Part shown: in pieces, positions 52,755 through 64,000 of the stretch
How positions within the stretch are numbered: position 1 is the stretch's first letter
Layout: the number at the start of each line of letters is the position of its first letter
Origin: Octopus vulgaris
Lineage: Eukaryota
Direction: 5' to 3'
NCBI GenBank assembly: GCA_951406725.2
Contig: OX597820.1
Location: 126,418,001-126,482,000, forward strand
DNA length: 64,000 bases
Notes under the pieces: generated by a model
Database searches by the model: none
Seen by the model: only the letters and a program-made list of their open reading frames with translations
Told to the model about the DNA's origin: nothing
Program-made: the position numbers and the translations under genes

Positions 52755-54005
52755 CACACACACAGATATCATGATTTTATATACGTATGACCTCATATAA
52801 CCTGATTTTTCCAGTGGAACTTTATGTGCCTTTCATATCTGTATTGTATCAGAATGTCAAATATGTTTTGATTGGTCGATTGCTGTTTTGTCTGATTATT
52901 TAAACTAACATTAATCATTTAACCATTTTATTGCTTTCCACCTCACTGAACACAGATTAGCAGATTTCGTGACATTATTTACTCATGTAAACCTTTCCGG
53001 CACAGATTTCTATTTATTTTTGTATACTTTTTTCGCACCACTATTATATATTTTGATAACACATCAGATACAACTGTTATTATGCAATTATTATTACAAG
53101 CTCTGTGGTTGTGGATTTCTGTGAATGTTGTCAAAATAGCTGTTGTATATTGTTTGTTTTTTGTATTTTCTTATATGATTAGCTTTCAGCATTCAATATA
53201 GCCAACTGTAAACTCTGTGCAACATCGTACATGTTTTGCAGGCCTTTCTCTCATGTACAAGCACTAAGCTGCAAATACACACATGCACATGCACACATGT
53301 GAAGGCCCGTGGCTTAGTGGTTAGGGTGTTGAACTCATGATCATGAGGTTGTGGTTTCGATTCCTGGACCGGGTGATGCGTTGTGTTCTTGAGCAAAACA
53401 CTTCATTTCACGTTGCGCCAGTCCACTCAGCTGGCAAAAATGAGTAATCCTGCGACGGACTGGCGTCCCGTCCAGGTGGGAAATTTCTACGCCACTGAAA
53501 CCGGGAAACTGGCTCTTATGAGCCTGGCATGGCTCAAGAAGGAACATGCACACGTGTGCCTGCATGCATGCATATATGCACATATGTAAAAAGCATTCCA
53601 GGGATTCTCCATTTGAGGTTCATAGGGGAAGACATGCATATGGCACACATATACATGATGCATGCACACACACACACGAACAGTAATGAAACATACATAC
53701 TCGTGTTCTGTTGTGACACACCCACAACGCTAACTTTATCCACATGTACACAACATGCATACAAATCCCGAGAGCTGTCTTGACTTCAAACTGAAGTGGT
53801 TTCCTACTTTGTCAGTGACCAGCTTAAATTCTGCAAATGAAAAAAACTTAGAATAAATCCCAAAGAACACGTACATACATGTGTGTGTGTGTGTACACAT
53901 ACGTATATTTGTGTATGTATGTATGTATATATGTATTACCCTCATTATCATGTAATGTCCATTTACCTTGGTGGCATGGGTTGGATGGTTTGGCAGGTGC
54001 ATATA

Positions 54006-56993
54006 CAGGCAAACCTTACCCTACATCGTTAATTAGTTCCAGGAGACATGACTTAAGTCGAATTAACTTTCTCTAGGCTCAGCCAAATTTATTTGTCTCC
54101 AAGCTGAACCAATAATAACCTTTCCCATTTCTGTACTTTATTTATGAATGCATTTTCAATAATACATGGTTAATAAAAACCTATTTTAAGCTTACAAACA
54201 AATGATTTTTATTTTTTAATACAGTACAGTAAAAAAGAAGTAATCTAAATTTATGAATGCAATTGGCGGTGTTTACCATATGTTGTGGATGATTTATTTA
54301 TGAATGCGTTTGCAATAAGACATGGTAAAATAAAAGCCTTTTTAAAGCTTAACAAATTCAGGAATTATTATTATTTGGCAAGTAAAAAAAAAACTAAATT
54401 ATTTTAAATTTACTAATACATACCTACAATTTGGTGGTTTACATCATGAATGTAGATGGCTGTGGATCGTCAACATCAACAGCTGACTCTGGCTGTTCTT
54501 GTTGTTCAATGCACTTGTGATGTGGCTCAGGTTTAACTTCCTCTTCTTCTTTATTTTGCTGCTCGTGAAGCTCTGTCAAATCCTCATTCATCAGGGCCTC
54601 CTCTTTACTCTTTTATTTGTTTCAGTCATTTGACTGTGGCCATGCTGGAGCACCACCGTTAGTCAAGCAAATCGACCCCAGGACTTATTCTTTGTAAGCC
54701 TAGTACTTATTCTATTGGTCTCTTTTGCCGAATTGCTAAGTTACGGGGACGTAAACACACCAGCATCAGTTGTCAAGCGATGTTGGGGCGACAAACACAG
54801 ACACACAAACATATACGCACACATACATACACACACATATATATATATACATATATACGACAGGCTTCTTTCAGTTTCCGTCTACCAAATCCACTCACAA
54901 GGCTTTGGTCGGCCTGAGGCTATAGTAGAAGACACTTGCCCAAGGTGCCATGCAGTGGGACTGAACCCAGAACCATGTGGTTCATAAGCAAGCTACTTAC
55001 CACACAGCCACTCCAATGCCTATCTGCTTATCTTTTTCAAATAAATCTGTAAAATCCTCCTCCAAATCCATTTCCAGTTCTTTGCTTGTAGTCACCAACA
55101 TTTTGTTGATGGCAACATTATCAAACCCCTTAAAACCATTTGTGAATTGTGGGCATAGCTTCTTCCATACACGGTTCGTAGCCATTCCATGCTGCTTCTA
55201 TGTTCTGTACAGCCTTGTAGGTATCATATCTCTTCCAAAAGTCTCAAAGTGTGATAGACAGTGATGCTTGAAGATAGCAGTTATTCCCCGATCTATTGGC
55301 TGCAGAAGAGACGTGGTGTTCGGAGGGAAGTATATGACGGTAATGTTGGGGTCAAAATCTACAATGTTTTGCAGGTAGTCAGGAGTATTATCTAAGGAAA
55401 GTAAAACCTTAAAAGGAATCCTTTTCTCCTTACAGTAATTCTCTGCTGCTGGGATAAAATGATTGAGGAACCAATCTTCAAAAGCAACAACAATAACCCA
55501 TGCTTTTGAATTAGCCATCCATATAAGAAGGAGAGATGCCTTGGGTGTGTTCCACAGGGCACGGGTGTTGTGTGCATGATACTCAAGCAATGGTTTTAAC
55601 TTGAAATCTCCTGCACAATTACCTCCCAACACAATAGTCACACATTTTCTCCTTGGAAATGAATGAATGGCCTGGCAGTTTTCCCCACTACAATCCCGTT
55701 TCGTCTACATTAAAAATCTACTCGAGATGAAACCTGTTTTCTTCTCTGATTATCTTAAATACATTGGGAAATTCCGCTGCTGCTTGTTCGTCAGCTGATG
55801 CACTTTCACCTGGCTTCTTAATGGAGTGATAATTTCTTCGCTCCTTAAATCTCATGAACCATTCTTGACTTGCCTTGAACTCTACATCTTTCTCATCTGG
55901 ATATTTTTTCTTCAGGTCCTCAAACAAAATACAAGGCTTTCTCTTGAATGATTTCTTGACTAATAGTAGCATGTTAATGATTCAATCTAACTATCTAAAG
56001 AGAAAGAAGACTTTCCATTTCTTCAAAGATTCTACCTCTTTTCTTATTGATGACAGTGCTCTTCATCCCTGGGGCTTCAGATTTGGTATGTGCTAAAATC
56101 TTGTCCTTATTATGTACAATCGTTGATACAGTTGTCTGGCTCATCCCAAAAGATCATACAACTGCTACCACTTTTTCACCTTTTTCATGGCATTTTATCA
56201 CAGCCATTATAAGGTGGTGAGCTGGCAGAAACGTTAGCACGCCGAGCAAAATGCTTAGCGGTATTTCGTCTGCTGCTACGTTCTGAGTTCAAGTTCTGCC
56301 AAGGTTGACTTTGCCTTTCATTCTTTTGGGGTCAATAAATTAAGTACCAGTTACGCACCGGGGTGATATAATCGACTTAATCCGTTTGTCTGTCCTTTTT
56401 TGTCCTCTCTGTATTTTGCCCCTTGTGGGTAGTAAAGAAATAGGCATTTCATCACAGCCAGTTTATCTTCCAGTGTTATAGCATGACGCTTAGCACTTTC
56501 ACTATGAATCGTCTTAGGAGCCATGGGGGCGGAAAATAAAGTCACAAATGAATGAGAATGAGAAAGTAGCTGATAAACAGATGCAAACAAATCTGAATTC
56601 AAAACAATCGCTGGAATCACGAGTGACAACGACTCCTAGTGGTAGATATTGGAACTACAGTGCAATATGAGCTCTAAAAGACCGATAAATAAGACAACAG
56701 AGCTGATTTCATGATTTCGTTCACTAAGCTACGCTACTCTATGGTGTGTTTCTTAACATCTGCTCTATGTATTTTGATATGATTTTATATGCTTTTATTC
56801 TTATTTATTGTTCAATAACATGATTTTATGTGCTTTTAATGGTTTTCTAGTGATTTTACGATTCCAATATTTGTGTCGGATAGATGTGAAGTCGAGTAAA
56901 ATGACTTGACTTGATTTTGCCATATATTATTGTTGAAAACCAACGCATAATCAAGAATGACTTAAATCAAAACACTAAACCAAGGTATACCTA
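54006..56993 (-). mobile_element. Decayed pogo/Tigger-like transposon interrupted by two SINEs
   Basis: KRHAITLEDKL, FKASQEWFMRFK, GESASAD, NVDETGL, GNCAGDFKLKP, LSLDN and PPNTTSLLQPIDRG (CENP-B HTH plus DDE_1). Ends are TA|CAGGCAAACCTT and AAGGTATACCTA. Confidence 0.88.
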
Positions 56994-57779
56994 TATATCA
57001 TCATCATCATCGTTTAACGTCCGTTTTCCATGCTAGCATGGGTTGGACGGTTCAACTGGGGTCTGGGAAGCCAGGAAGCTGCACTAGGCTCCAGTCTGAT
57101 CAGGCAGTGTTTTCTACAGCTGGATCCCCTTCCTAATGCCAACCACTCCGTGAGTGTAGTGGGTGCTTTTTACGTGCCACCAGCACAGGTGCCAGGGGAG
57201 GCTGGCAACGGCCACGATCGGTTGGTGGTTTTTATGTGCCACCGACATGGAAGCCAGTCAAGGCGGCGCTGGCATCGGCCACATACGGATGGTGTTTTTC
57301 ACGTGCCACTAGCACAGGTGCCAGGGTATATATTTATATATATATATTGGTGTTAGAATGGCATCCAGCTGTAGAAGCCAAGTGAAAACAGACTATGGAA
57401 CCTGATGTGGCCCCTGGCCTTACAAATTCCTGATAAGCTGTCCAAGCCATACCACCATAGAAAATGGACATTAAATGATGGCGGCAGCGGCTGCTGTTGC
57501 TGCTGCTTCTTCTATTGAGACATTATGCCTCAGGATAAGTTATAAATAGATTTAAGGTACCTGTGCACGTCTCATCAACACATCTTTAACCTCACTTTGC
57601 AAATAGATTTTCTTGTCAAACCACAGGCCTCACTCTACAGAATGAATAAAACAACAAAAAAATACTCTCCTACAATATTTGTAAATCTAAGTGAGGACAT
57701 GTCACTTCAAAGTGAGCACATGTCACTTAAAACTTAACTTACTTGATTTATTTGTCCAAATTTATACAGAATGTAGAAT

Positions 57780-58090
57780 CCAAGAATACATAATTAGAAC
57801 TGTTCGTAGAGAAAAGGGAAAAAATATCAGTGTCATTGCTGCTGTGTCAAGCACTGAGGGACAGGTCCTTGTCAGAATCTCATAATTATACACAGTTTGT
57901 AAAGTTTCTTTGTCATTTAACTGAAGCTTTTCTAGGCCATGAATATATCTGCATATTTCATAATTTGTCTGTTTACCATGGGATCAAAATTTCCTTACAG
58001 GACACTTACTGATGTTATTTGAACCATCTGCTATTTGCCTGCACTTTTAATCCCGCAGAGTAATGCTTCTCATGAATAAGATATACAATG
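57780..58090 (+). mobile_element. Remnant of an IS630/Tc1-type DDE transposase
   Basis: KGKNISVIAAVS, FVKFL, CIFHNLSVYH (DN..H-like) and LNPAE fragments. Confidence 0.5.
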
Positions 58091-58621
58091 TAATTAGAGC
58101 TTTCTCTAGCAGAAGTAGTGAACAGTCCTGCAAGTGGTACAAAAGTTTCAGATGGAGAGAATATCCATAGAAAATTAGTGTTGAATGTCATTGGTGTAGT
58201 TAACCCTGCAAAAGCTGGGAGTATTGCAACCCTGTATATGATGGCTGTGTGGTAAGAAGCTTGCTTCCTAAGTACATGGTTCTGGGTTCAGTCCCACTGC
58301 ATGACACTTTGTGCAAGTGCTTTCTACTATAGTCTCAAGCTGACTAAAGCCTTGTGAGGGAATTTGGTAGACAGAAACTGAAAGAAGCCCATCGTATGTA
58401 TGTGTGTATGTATATATATATATATATCATCATCATCATTTAACATTCATTTTCCATGGTGACATGAGTTGGGCAATCTCATTGGAGCCAACCAGCTGAA
58501 TGGCTGTTCGGGCTCTTTGTCTGTTTTGACATGGTTTCCACTGCTGGATGCCCTTCCAGATACCAACCATTTTACAGAGTGCACTAGGTGCTTTTTATGT
58601 GGCACCAGCACCTATATATAT

Positions 58622-59212
58622 ATCATGGTTGCCATTCCCAAACTGTTGAAGGAATCCAAGGTAGAGGTAGACCCGGGAAGACATGGGATGAGGTGGTCAA
58701 GCATGACCTTCGAACGTTGGGCCTCACAGAGGCAATGATGAAAGACTGAGACCTCTGGAGATATGCTGTGACTGCAAAGACCCGACAAATGAAGTGAGTT
58801 CATGGCTCGCAGGATGGCCTGCTGTGCTAAACTTGGATTGTAGGGTGACCTGCTGTGCTTGAGGAGACCTTTTGAGTCAAGTACATCAACATCAAAATAA
58901 AAATCAAATGGAAATTGTAGTTGTGCCGGTGACACATAAAAAGCACTATCTGAACATGGCCGATGCTAGCGCCACCTTGACTGACTTCTGTGCTGGTGAC
59001 ACGTAAAAAGCACCAACTGATCGTGGCTGTTGCCAGCCTCATCTGGCCCCTGTGCCAGTGGCACGTAAAAAACACCCACTACACTCACAGAGTGTAGAAA
59101 CACTGCCAGATCAGACTGGAACCTGGTGCAGCCTCCTGGCTTCCCAGACCCCAGTCGAACTGTCCAAAACATACTAGCATGGAAAACAGACGTTAAATGA
59201 TGATGATGATGA
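58622..59212 (+). mobile_element. RTE LINE 3' fragment (ORF end, 3' UTR, (GAT)n)
   Basis: RPGKTWDEVVKHDLRTLGLTEAM..D.DLWRYAV is a typical RTE C-terminus. Confidence 0.75.
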
Positions 59213-60433
59213 TATGCATGGATATGTGTGTGGGTGTATATTCTTGTCTGTGTCAGCCCACCCTGCCCACCACCCCACCACCCTCACTGCTTGACAACTG
59301 GTGTTAGTGTGTTTACATTCCCATAACTTACCAGTTCAGCAAAAGAAACTGATAGAATAAGTACTAGGCTGAAAAAAAATAAGCCCTGGGTCAATTTGTT
59401 TCACTAAAAAGCCTTTGAAGGTGGTGCCCCAGCATAGCCACAGTCAAATGACTGAAACAAATAAAAGATAGATGAGTATTTTATTTTATTGCTCAGTTGA
59501 TGGAAACTTAGAACTGAAGCTGACATCACGAATGATTGGTGGTTTTGGTGATATATTTTCTATTAACCCTTTAGTATTTAAACCAACCAACCTCATGGCT
59601 CCGGGTTCAGTCCCACTGTGTCGCACCTTGGCCAAGTGTCTTCTACTATAGCCTCGGGTTGACCAAGGCCTTGTGAGTGGATTTGGTTGACGGAAACTGA
59701 AGAGAAGCCTGTCGTATATATGTATATATATGTATGTGTGTATGTTTGTGTGTCTGTGTTTGTCCCCCCAACATCGCTTGACAACCGAAGGTGGTGTGTT
59801 TACGCCCCCGTAATGTAGCGGTTCAGCAAAGGAGACCGATAGAATAAGTACTAGGCTTATAAAGAATAAGTCCTGGGGTCGATTTGCTCGACTAAAGGCG
59901 ATGCTCCAGTATGGCCACAGTCAAATGACTGAAACAAGTAAAAGAGTATCCAGTCTGAGGGTCCATCATTGACAAGACCAAAGACGGTTAAAATCACATG
60001 ATCTGGTGGTCTTGGGGCTGGAGATGACAGGGGTTTATCTCCCCATTAGCGATATTAACAAGAGTGCTTTCTGCACCAGAAGCCTAGGTGAGAGTGTCTC
60101 TCGTGGAATCTACCACAGTATACTTTGTTCTAACAGAACATCCATATTTAAGTGGGGATAAATATTACCTTTTAGGTATTAATACTGTCTCTGTTGCTAA
60201 TATATATTAAGTATTTATTGTTTGTATGTAATGTATGTGTTTTTGGTATGTGTATGTGTGTGCAAGTGTATGTATATGTGTATGAACAAATGAGTTATGT
60301 AAGTAGCGTATGCATTTATACATGTGTGTTTGTGTGTGTATGATATGAATTCTCTCAGCCAATCACTGTATGTGATGCATTACTGATATATTACTATGGT
60401 TACAGTTCATATCTCTGCTATAATTTCTTACAG

Positions 60434-60543
60434 AAAGTAATATCCCTCATGAAGTTGTTACCGCTATTGACATCAACCCTGTGGCCAATAAGATTTACTC
60501 CTACAATTTCCCACACACGAATCTTCTGGAGACTGGCATCGAA
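60434..60543 (+). CDS. TRDMT1: DNMT2 coding exon 2
   Basis: ttcttacag|AA...GAA|gtaagt joins exon 1 in phase to give ESNIPHEVVTAIDINPVANKIYSYNFPHTNLLETGIE, matching the DNMT2 VVAAIDVN.VAN.VY.YNFP motif. Confidence 0.93.
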
Positions 60544-62104
60544 GTAAGTAATATCCTTTTTTTTTTTCCATAATTCAACTGTTATCTTTTATTTGTTTCA
60601 GTCATTAGATTGCAGCCATGATGGGGCCTCTACCTTGAAGAACCTTGAGTGAAATAAATTGACATAATTACTTATTTTTTTAAAGCCGGGTACTTATTCT
60701 GTTGGTCTCTTTTGCCAAACTGCTAAGTTACAAGGATGTAAACACACCAGCACTGGTTATCAACCAGTGATGCGGAGGGTAAACACAGATTGAAAGACAT
60801 ACACACATGGGTATATTTATACATGTATACAACAGGCTTCTTTCAATTTCCATGTACCAGATCCACTCACAAGGCTTTGGCCAGCCCAAGACCATAGTAG
60901 AAGACACTTGCCTATCCAAGGTGTCACACAGTGGAACTGAACCCCAGACCATGCGGTTGGAAAGCAAACTTCTTACCACGCAACCACTCCTGCACCTATG
61001 TAAATTTTCAAACTACTGTCTCACAGACATACGGTTCCTATTTTCTGCTCTTTCTGTAACAACCTTCTTTGAGGTCCTTAACCATTTTGATACCAGTGGA
61101 GGTGCGTGGCTTAGTGGTTAGGGTGTTGGACTGGGTGACACATTGAGTTCTTGAGCAAGACACTTCATTTCACATTGCTCCAGTCCACTCAGCTGGCAAA
61201 AATGAGTAAATCCTATGACTATCTGCTGTCCCATCCAGGTGGGGAATATATATGCCATGAAGCTGGGAAACCAGCCCCTGTGAGTCGGTACGACTCGAGA
61301 AGGTAACTTCACCTTTACCTTTCATTTTGATACCAGCCTAAGACTGACCTTGGTTTCGTGAAACAAACTTCCTGTTTAAAGGCATCTAAATAAAGACCCC
61401 AGAATTCTGTTAATTTACATGCCAAACACCAGCTTAGCCCTTTCAATACCAACCAGCCTGAGACAACCCCTGATTCTGTGATACTAATCAAAATCCAGTT
61501 TTAACCCTTTAGCATTTAAACCAGCCTTATCCAGCCCAAATATTTTACCAGTTTTATCTTCAAACCAGCCAGATCCTGCTTCTCATACAGAGCCTACAAT
61601 GTAATTCTAAAAATAAACAATTACATCATCAAAATCTTGGAGCTATGAAATCATGATTAATTCAAAACATTGTGAATAAATAAGCTTCACATTTGACAGA
61701 ATCATCATCATCATCATCGTTTAATGACTGCTTTCCATGCTAGCATGGGTTGGACGATTTTGACTGAGGGCTGGCGAACCAGATGGCTGCACCAGGCTCC
61801 AATCTTGATTCAGGCAGAGTTTCTACAGCTGGATGCCCTTCCTAACGCCAACCACTCCGAGAGTGTAGTGGGTGCTTTTTACGTGCCACCGGGACGAGGG
61901 CCAGTCAGGCGGTACTGGCAACAACTTCGCTTGAATCCTTTTACACATGCCACTAGCACAGGTACCAGTAAGGCGACGTTGGTAATGATTACGCTCGAAT
62001 GGTGCCCTTTTTACGTGCCACTGGCACAAAAGCCAGTTGGCTGCTCTGGCAACGATCACGCTCCATCAAAATTTCATCTTAATTTTTCTTCCAAACACCA
62101 ACCG

Positions 62105-62490
62105 GCTCGTTAACTATAATATTACTTCACTGAATTCTTCAATGTTCTCAAAATTGAGATGAAAGCAGTGGCAGCGAAAGGGTTAATACCGACAAAATTA
62201 TTTTACCAACTTCTTTGGTATCTACAAAATTAATTGAAAAGGAAACTGTCATGTATTTCATTGGAAATATTGAGACGAAAGGGTTAATTAATAAAGGCAA
62301 GGTTTTTTTGTTTTTTTACTAAGTTCTTTGTTATTTTCATAATTGAAATAAAGGTAGTCTATTTCAACATATATGTTTTGATGAAAGGGTTATTAGTGAC
62401 AGTTATTTTATTAAATTCTTCATTCGTTTCAAAATTAATTGCAACGAAGGTAATGTATTTCAGTAGAAATATACTAACGTAAGAGTTAAT
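62105..62490. repeat. Degenerate ~100-bp tandem units ending AAAGGGTTAA; inverted counterparts (TTAACCCTTT-like) at ~61435-61510
   Basis: AAAGGGTTA(A) recurs at ~62177, 62278, 62384 and 62480, resembling piggyBac/TTAA-type termini. Confidence 0.4.
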
Positions 62491-62950
62491 TACAAATCTT
62501 ATGGATATGGTACATTTCTGCTGATAGTCTAATTAATAAGAACCAACAACTTTTCAGTTATTAGATCAATTCTCTGTTGGTTTAGTCCAAGACAGGTGGC
62601 GAGCTGGCAGAAACGTTAGCACGCCGGGCGAAATGCTTAGCGGTATTTCGTCTGTCATTATGTTGTGAGTTCAAATTCTGCTGAGGTTGACTTTGCCTTT
62701 CATCATTTTGGGGTCGATAAATTAAGTACCAGTTACGCACTGGGGTCCATGTAATCAACTTAATACCTATGCCTGTCCTTGTTTGTCCCCTCTATGTTTA
62801 GCCCCTTATGGGTAGTAAGGAAATAGGTTTAGTTCAAGATGACTTTGTCACATACAAATCAGTACCGGAAATGGGACATCATCTGGAGAATCTTTGATTG
62901 CAGGTTCAATACTCTAGTGTTACAACTAACTACAGATCCTCAAAATAATA

Positions 62951-62972
62951 ATCATCATCACCAAACCACAAC

Positions 62973-63016
<44 letters not shown>

Positions 63017-63332
63017 CCACCACCATCATCATCAACACTACCACCATTATCATCATCATCATCACCAACATCAACACCACCACTACCACCACCATCACCA
63101 TTATCATTAGCATCATCGTCATCATCATCATCATCAAAACCACCACCATCATCATCAAAACCACCCATCATCATCATCATCATCATCATCACCATCATCT
63201 ACCCCACCATCATCATCAACACCACCACTACCATCATCATCATCACCACCATTATCATTAGCATCATCGTTATTATCATTATCATCACTATGTCCACCAT
63301 CACTATCATCATTATCATCATCATCATCATTG
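62951..63332. repeat. (CAT)n/(CAC)n trinucleotide tract
   Basis: Directly visible. Confidence 0.95.
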
Positions 63333-64000
63333 TAACATTCCTTTCTCCATATTGGCTCAGATTATTAAATTAGCCTGCAGATATGGCTGAATGCTTAAGA
63401 ACTTTGCTTTGCAACCATGGAGTACTGGGTTCAATCACAGTGCATGGTACCCTCATTGAAATGTCTTCTGTCACAGTTTCAAATCAATTGGTGCCTCATA
63501 AATAAAACTGAGTTGTTCTCAGTGTCATTTACACCTACATCAACTTGGTTGATCAGACCTATGACCAGAGGCATTCCAACCTTGACCATCCCAACTTTTT
63601 GCCAGGATATGAATAAAAGACACATTGCTAAATGTTTCCTTTCTTTGTTTAAGGTGGTTTGGGTGTGATTTGAGGGAGATGTGGCTACTGTTTCTAGCAA
63701 CTCAGGTGACCACATGCAGTTGACAGTAACTGTCTAGAACAGAGGTTCTCGACCATTTTTTACCTGTGGACCCTTTGATTACTATTCTATTCTTATTTCT
63801 TTAATGCCCACAAGGGGCTACACAGAGAGAGGACAAATAAGGACATACAAACAGATTAAGTCGATTATATCGACCCCAATGTGTAACTGGTACTTATTTA
63901 ATCGACCCCGAAAGGATGAAAGGCAAAGTCGACCTCGGAGGAATTTGAACTCAGAATGTCGCGACAGACGAAATACCGCTAAGCATTTCGCCCGGCGTGC

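Noticed and set aside
62839-63261. Poly-Ile/His and poly-Asp/Met ORFs
   Set aside because: They are translations of a (CAT)n/(CAC)n tract.

Overview
Repeat-dense eukaryotic DNA. The microsatellite load and SINE/LINE families suggest an octopus or other coleoid cephalopod (inference). There are two host genes, head to head. The first is TRDMT1/DNMT2 on + (exon 1 at 44794-44869, exon 2 at 60434-60543, separated by a ~15.6 kb intron). The second is an unidentified multi-exon gene on - with phase-consistent exons from ~38065 to ~30105 and weaker candidate exons beyond. The rest is mobile DNA: stacked L1-Tx1 retrotransposon copies in (GATA)n, an ORF1-only Tx1 derivative with a 26-bp TSD nested in a Helentron-like element, decayed Chapaev3, Tc1, pogo/Tigger, R4/Dong-like, RTE and Penelope-like fragments, MITEs and several tRNA-derived SINE families. 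The most notable signals are: (i) a ~415-bp palindrome in TRDMT1 intron 1 made of two inverted hammerhead-ribozyme units, intact on the antisense strand and carrying a G5A core mutation on the gene-sense strand; (ii) other minimal hammerhead-like motifs in (TA)n-associated Penelope-like fragments; (iii) a Tx1 family apparently targeting (GATA)n; (iv) a SINE whose tail matches the Tx1 3' end and which forms dimers at a recurring junction. Most short ORFs in the track are microsatellite artefacts. All family assignments come from motif recognition by eye, without database searches.
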